Assembly: GCF_006345805.1 (NCBI RefSeq)
Contig: NC_043023.1
Span: forward strand, 15,872,001 to 15,936,000
Origin: Octopus sinensis
Lineage: Eukaryota
Length of the DNA: 64,000 bases
Direction of reading: 5' to 3'
The notes under the pieces were generated by a model. That model saw only the letters and a program-made list of their open reading frames with translations. It was not told the origin of the DNA and did no database searches. Made by a program: the position numbers and the translations under genes. This document shows, one piece after another, positions 61,521 to 64,000 of this stretch (the stretch's first letter is position 1; each line of letters starts with the position of its first letter).

Positions 61521-62525
61521 ATGGCTAAAGGAAAGATGTTGACAGATAGTGAAATTGGGTGAAATTGTTAAATTACTTGCTGCAAAGAAGTCTACATTAG
61601 AAATTTCAAAAATTTTGAAACGAGATCATCGAACTGTGAAACGTTTCGTCATTGACAGCAAAGATGGAAGAAAAAAAGCACAAAAGTGTCAGACCAAAGG
61701 TGACTTCACCACGAGATTTGAGAAAAATCAAGAGGAGTGTGCTAGCAAACCCACACAGCACAAGCAAAGCTATTTTCGACCATGCAGGAGTGTCTGACAT
61801 CTCTAAAAGGACCCGAAATCGGATTTTGAAACAAATAGCGGACCAGAGAACACCGACAAAATGTCCTCCTTTGAGTGATATCAACTGTCAGATGCGACTA
61901 GCATGGGCCACTAAATATTTGAAAACCAATTTTCAAAATGTTCTCTGGACTGACGAGGCTAGAGCAACCCTCGACGGTCCCGACGGTTGGACCAAGTGAT
62001 GGCTTCTTAAAGGCAATAGCCCACGCTTGCGATTCAGACGTCAACAGGGAGGAGGGATTTGGGCTGGGATTATTGGAAGTGAGATTGTTGGTCCTTTTCT
62101 TGTCCCTGAAGGTGTCAAAATGAATTGTGAACTACTGCGAGTTTTTGGAAGAGAATTTATTGCCCTGGTTGAATTCACAAAATGATGCTGTCAACCAGAA
62201 TCTCATTGTTCAACAAGACAATGCCCCAAGCCATGCTTCTCGGTTCACAAAAGCTTGGCTTTCAGACCAGGGGATCTCTGGTGAACGTCTGATGGACTGG
62301 CCACCTCAGAGCCCGGATCTGAATCCGATAGAGAACCTCTGGTCGATTCTGAAGAGGAAGGTTTACGAAAAAGGGCATCAATTCAACAGTAAAAAAGACA
62401 TTTGGGAGAGGATCAAGGAGGTATCTTCTGAGATCACACCTCAACAAGTGCATAAATTAACATCCTCTGTTGATAGGAGGCTGATGGATTTGATTAAGAA
62501 TGGAGGAAAGCGTATCAAGGGTTAA
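61521..62525 (+). pseudogene. Tc1-like DD37E (TRT-type) transposase, frameshifted
   Basis: WTDEARATLDGPDG; 37 residues between the Asp of QQDNA and the Glu of PIENLW. Confidence 0.88.
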
Positions 62526-62707
62526 ATTGTTTTATAAATTTGTATTGTTTTGTTAATTGTTATTTGAGCAATAACTGTTGTTTTCTTGTAATATGTTATC
62601 AATATATGGTACTATTATCATAATGACACAATGTTTCAAATTATATTATGTTTAAAAATGTTATTATTTCGAATAAATGAGTCTTGCAAACTCTTTTGGC
62701 CCATATT

Positions 62708-63106
62708 TACTCTTTTACTTGTTTCAGTCAGTTGACTGCGGCCATGCTGGAGCACCGCCTTTTAATCGAGCAATTCGACCCCCGGGACTTATCCTTTTGT
62801 AAGCCCAGTACTTATTCTATCGGTCTCTTTTTCCGAACCGCTAAGTAACGGGGACATAAACACACCAGCATCGGTTGTCAAGCAATGCTAGGGGGACAAA
62901 CACAGACACACACACGCATATATATATATATATATATACATATATACGACGGGCTTCTTTCAGTTTCCGTCTACCAAATCCACTCACAAGGCTTTGGTCG
63001 GCCCGAGGCTATAGTAGAGGACATTTGCCCAAGATGCCACGCAGTGGGATTGAACCCGGAACCATGTGGTTGGTAAGCAAACTACTTACCACACAGCCAC
63101 TTCCTG
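62708..63106 (-). mobile_element. SINE family A
   Basis: Reverse complement of the family A sequence. Confidence 0.85.
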
Positions 63107-63259
63107 AAATTTTTTAAAAATCCATATTTCCCCCCCAGAATATGATTATTTGGTTTCCGTCTCTAGGAATTTACTTTATATATTTGCATATCGAACAATG
63201 AGTAACATAGTTATTTATATTGGAAAATATTGAAGCCTAAATTTATCAATATGGAATGG

Positions 63260-63633
63260 AAGCACTGTCGGTTATGACGACGAGGGTTCCGGTTGATCTA
63301 AATCAACAGAACAGCCTGCTCGTGAAATTAACGTGTAAGTGGCTGAGCACTCCACAGACACGCGTACCCTTAACGTAGTTCTCGGGGATATTCAGCGTGA
63401 CACAGAGTGTGACAAGGCCGGCCCTTTGAAATACAGGTACAACAGAAACAGGAAGAGTGAGAGAAAGTTGTGGTGAAAGAGTACAGCAGGGATCACCACC
63501 ATCCCTGCCGGAGCCTCGTGGGGCTTTAGGTGTTTTCGCTCAATAAACACTCACAACGCCCGGTCTGGGAATCGAAACCGCAATCCTATGACCACGAGTC
63601 CGCTGCCCTAACCACTGGGCCATTGCGCCTCCA
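63260..63633 (-). mobile_element. tRNA-derived SINE, family C
   Basis: Minus-strand GGCGCAATGGCCCAGTGGTTAGGGCAGC...GGTTTCGATTCCC head. Confidence 0.75.
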
Positions 63634-64000
63634 CAAAATTTATCAATATATACAATTTGCAAACACTTTTGACCCCATTTTTAAATGTTTTTCTCATTAT
63701 TATTTCTGGTGTCAGAGATGTTCTTTGATCTCATTTCTGAAATTAGCGATTTTTCTGGATGAATTTCTGCTTTTGTATCAAAACTGCAGGGAAAAACTTG
63801 TTTCTGATAAAAATCAAGATAAATTCCAAAGGGGCAATACATCTATTTCTGAGACTGATTTCTGGTGGCAAAATTTAAAGGAACGACCTCCAACCAAAGT
63901 GAATTGAAATTTGGAATTCAACACAAACCTTGCAATGGGATCAAACCTTACGTCAACCAATACAAGTCATGTAAGAAGCACTAGAATCGGTCAGATGTTT

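Overview
Repeat-dense, AT-rich animal genomic DNA, most likely a cephalopod (octopus-type tRNA-derived SINEs, long (TA)n/(GT)n tracts, a KPYHCDxCGKSF zinc-finger remnant); the taxon is inferred. Most ORF-track entries are microsatellite or SINE artefacts. Four things stand out. (1) A hammerhead-ribozyme hotspot at about 24-32 kb: a ~490-bp tandem array with a type I hammerhead motif in each unit plus an inverted copy, and four other hammerhead-bearing elements (retrozyme/Penelope-LTR-like). (2) A six-exon orphan gene missed by the ORF track (40867-50333, +), encoding a 137-aa signal-peptide, Ser/Thr-rich, probably GPI-anchored protein with three tandemly duplicated exons. (3) A strand-biased mosaic at about 54-62.5 kb of Gypsy, DD41D, Merlin, RTE and DD37E fragments, two divergent parvoviral NS1 pieces and capsid-like pieces, resembling a piRNA/EVE cluster. 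(4) A near-intact RTE LINE with a 10-bp TSD inside a Penelope RT relic. Also present: a full-length frameshifted mariner, exons of a second host gene at 3.4-6 kb, and several long palindromes. All calls come from reading and translating by eye; no searches were run.
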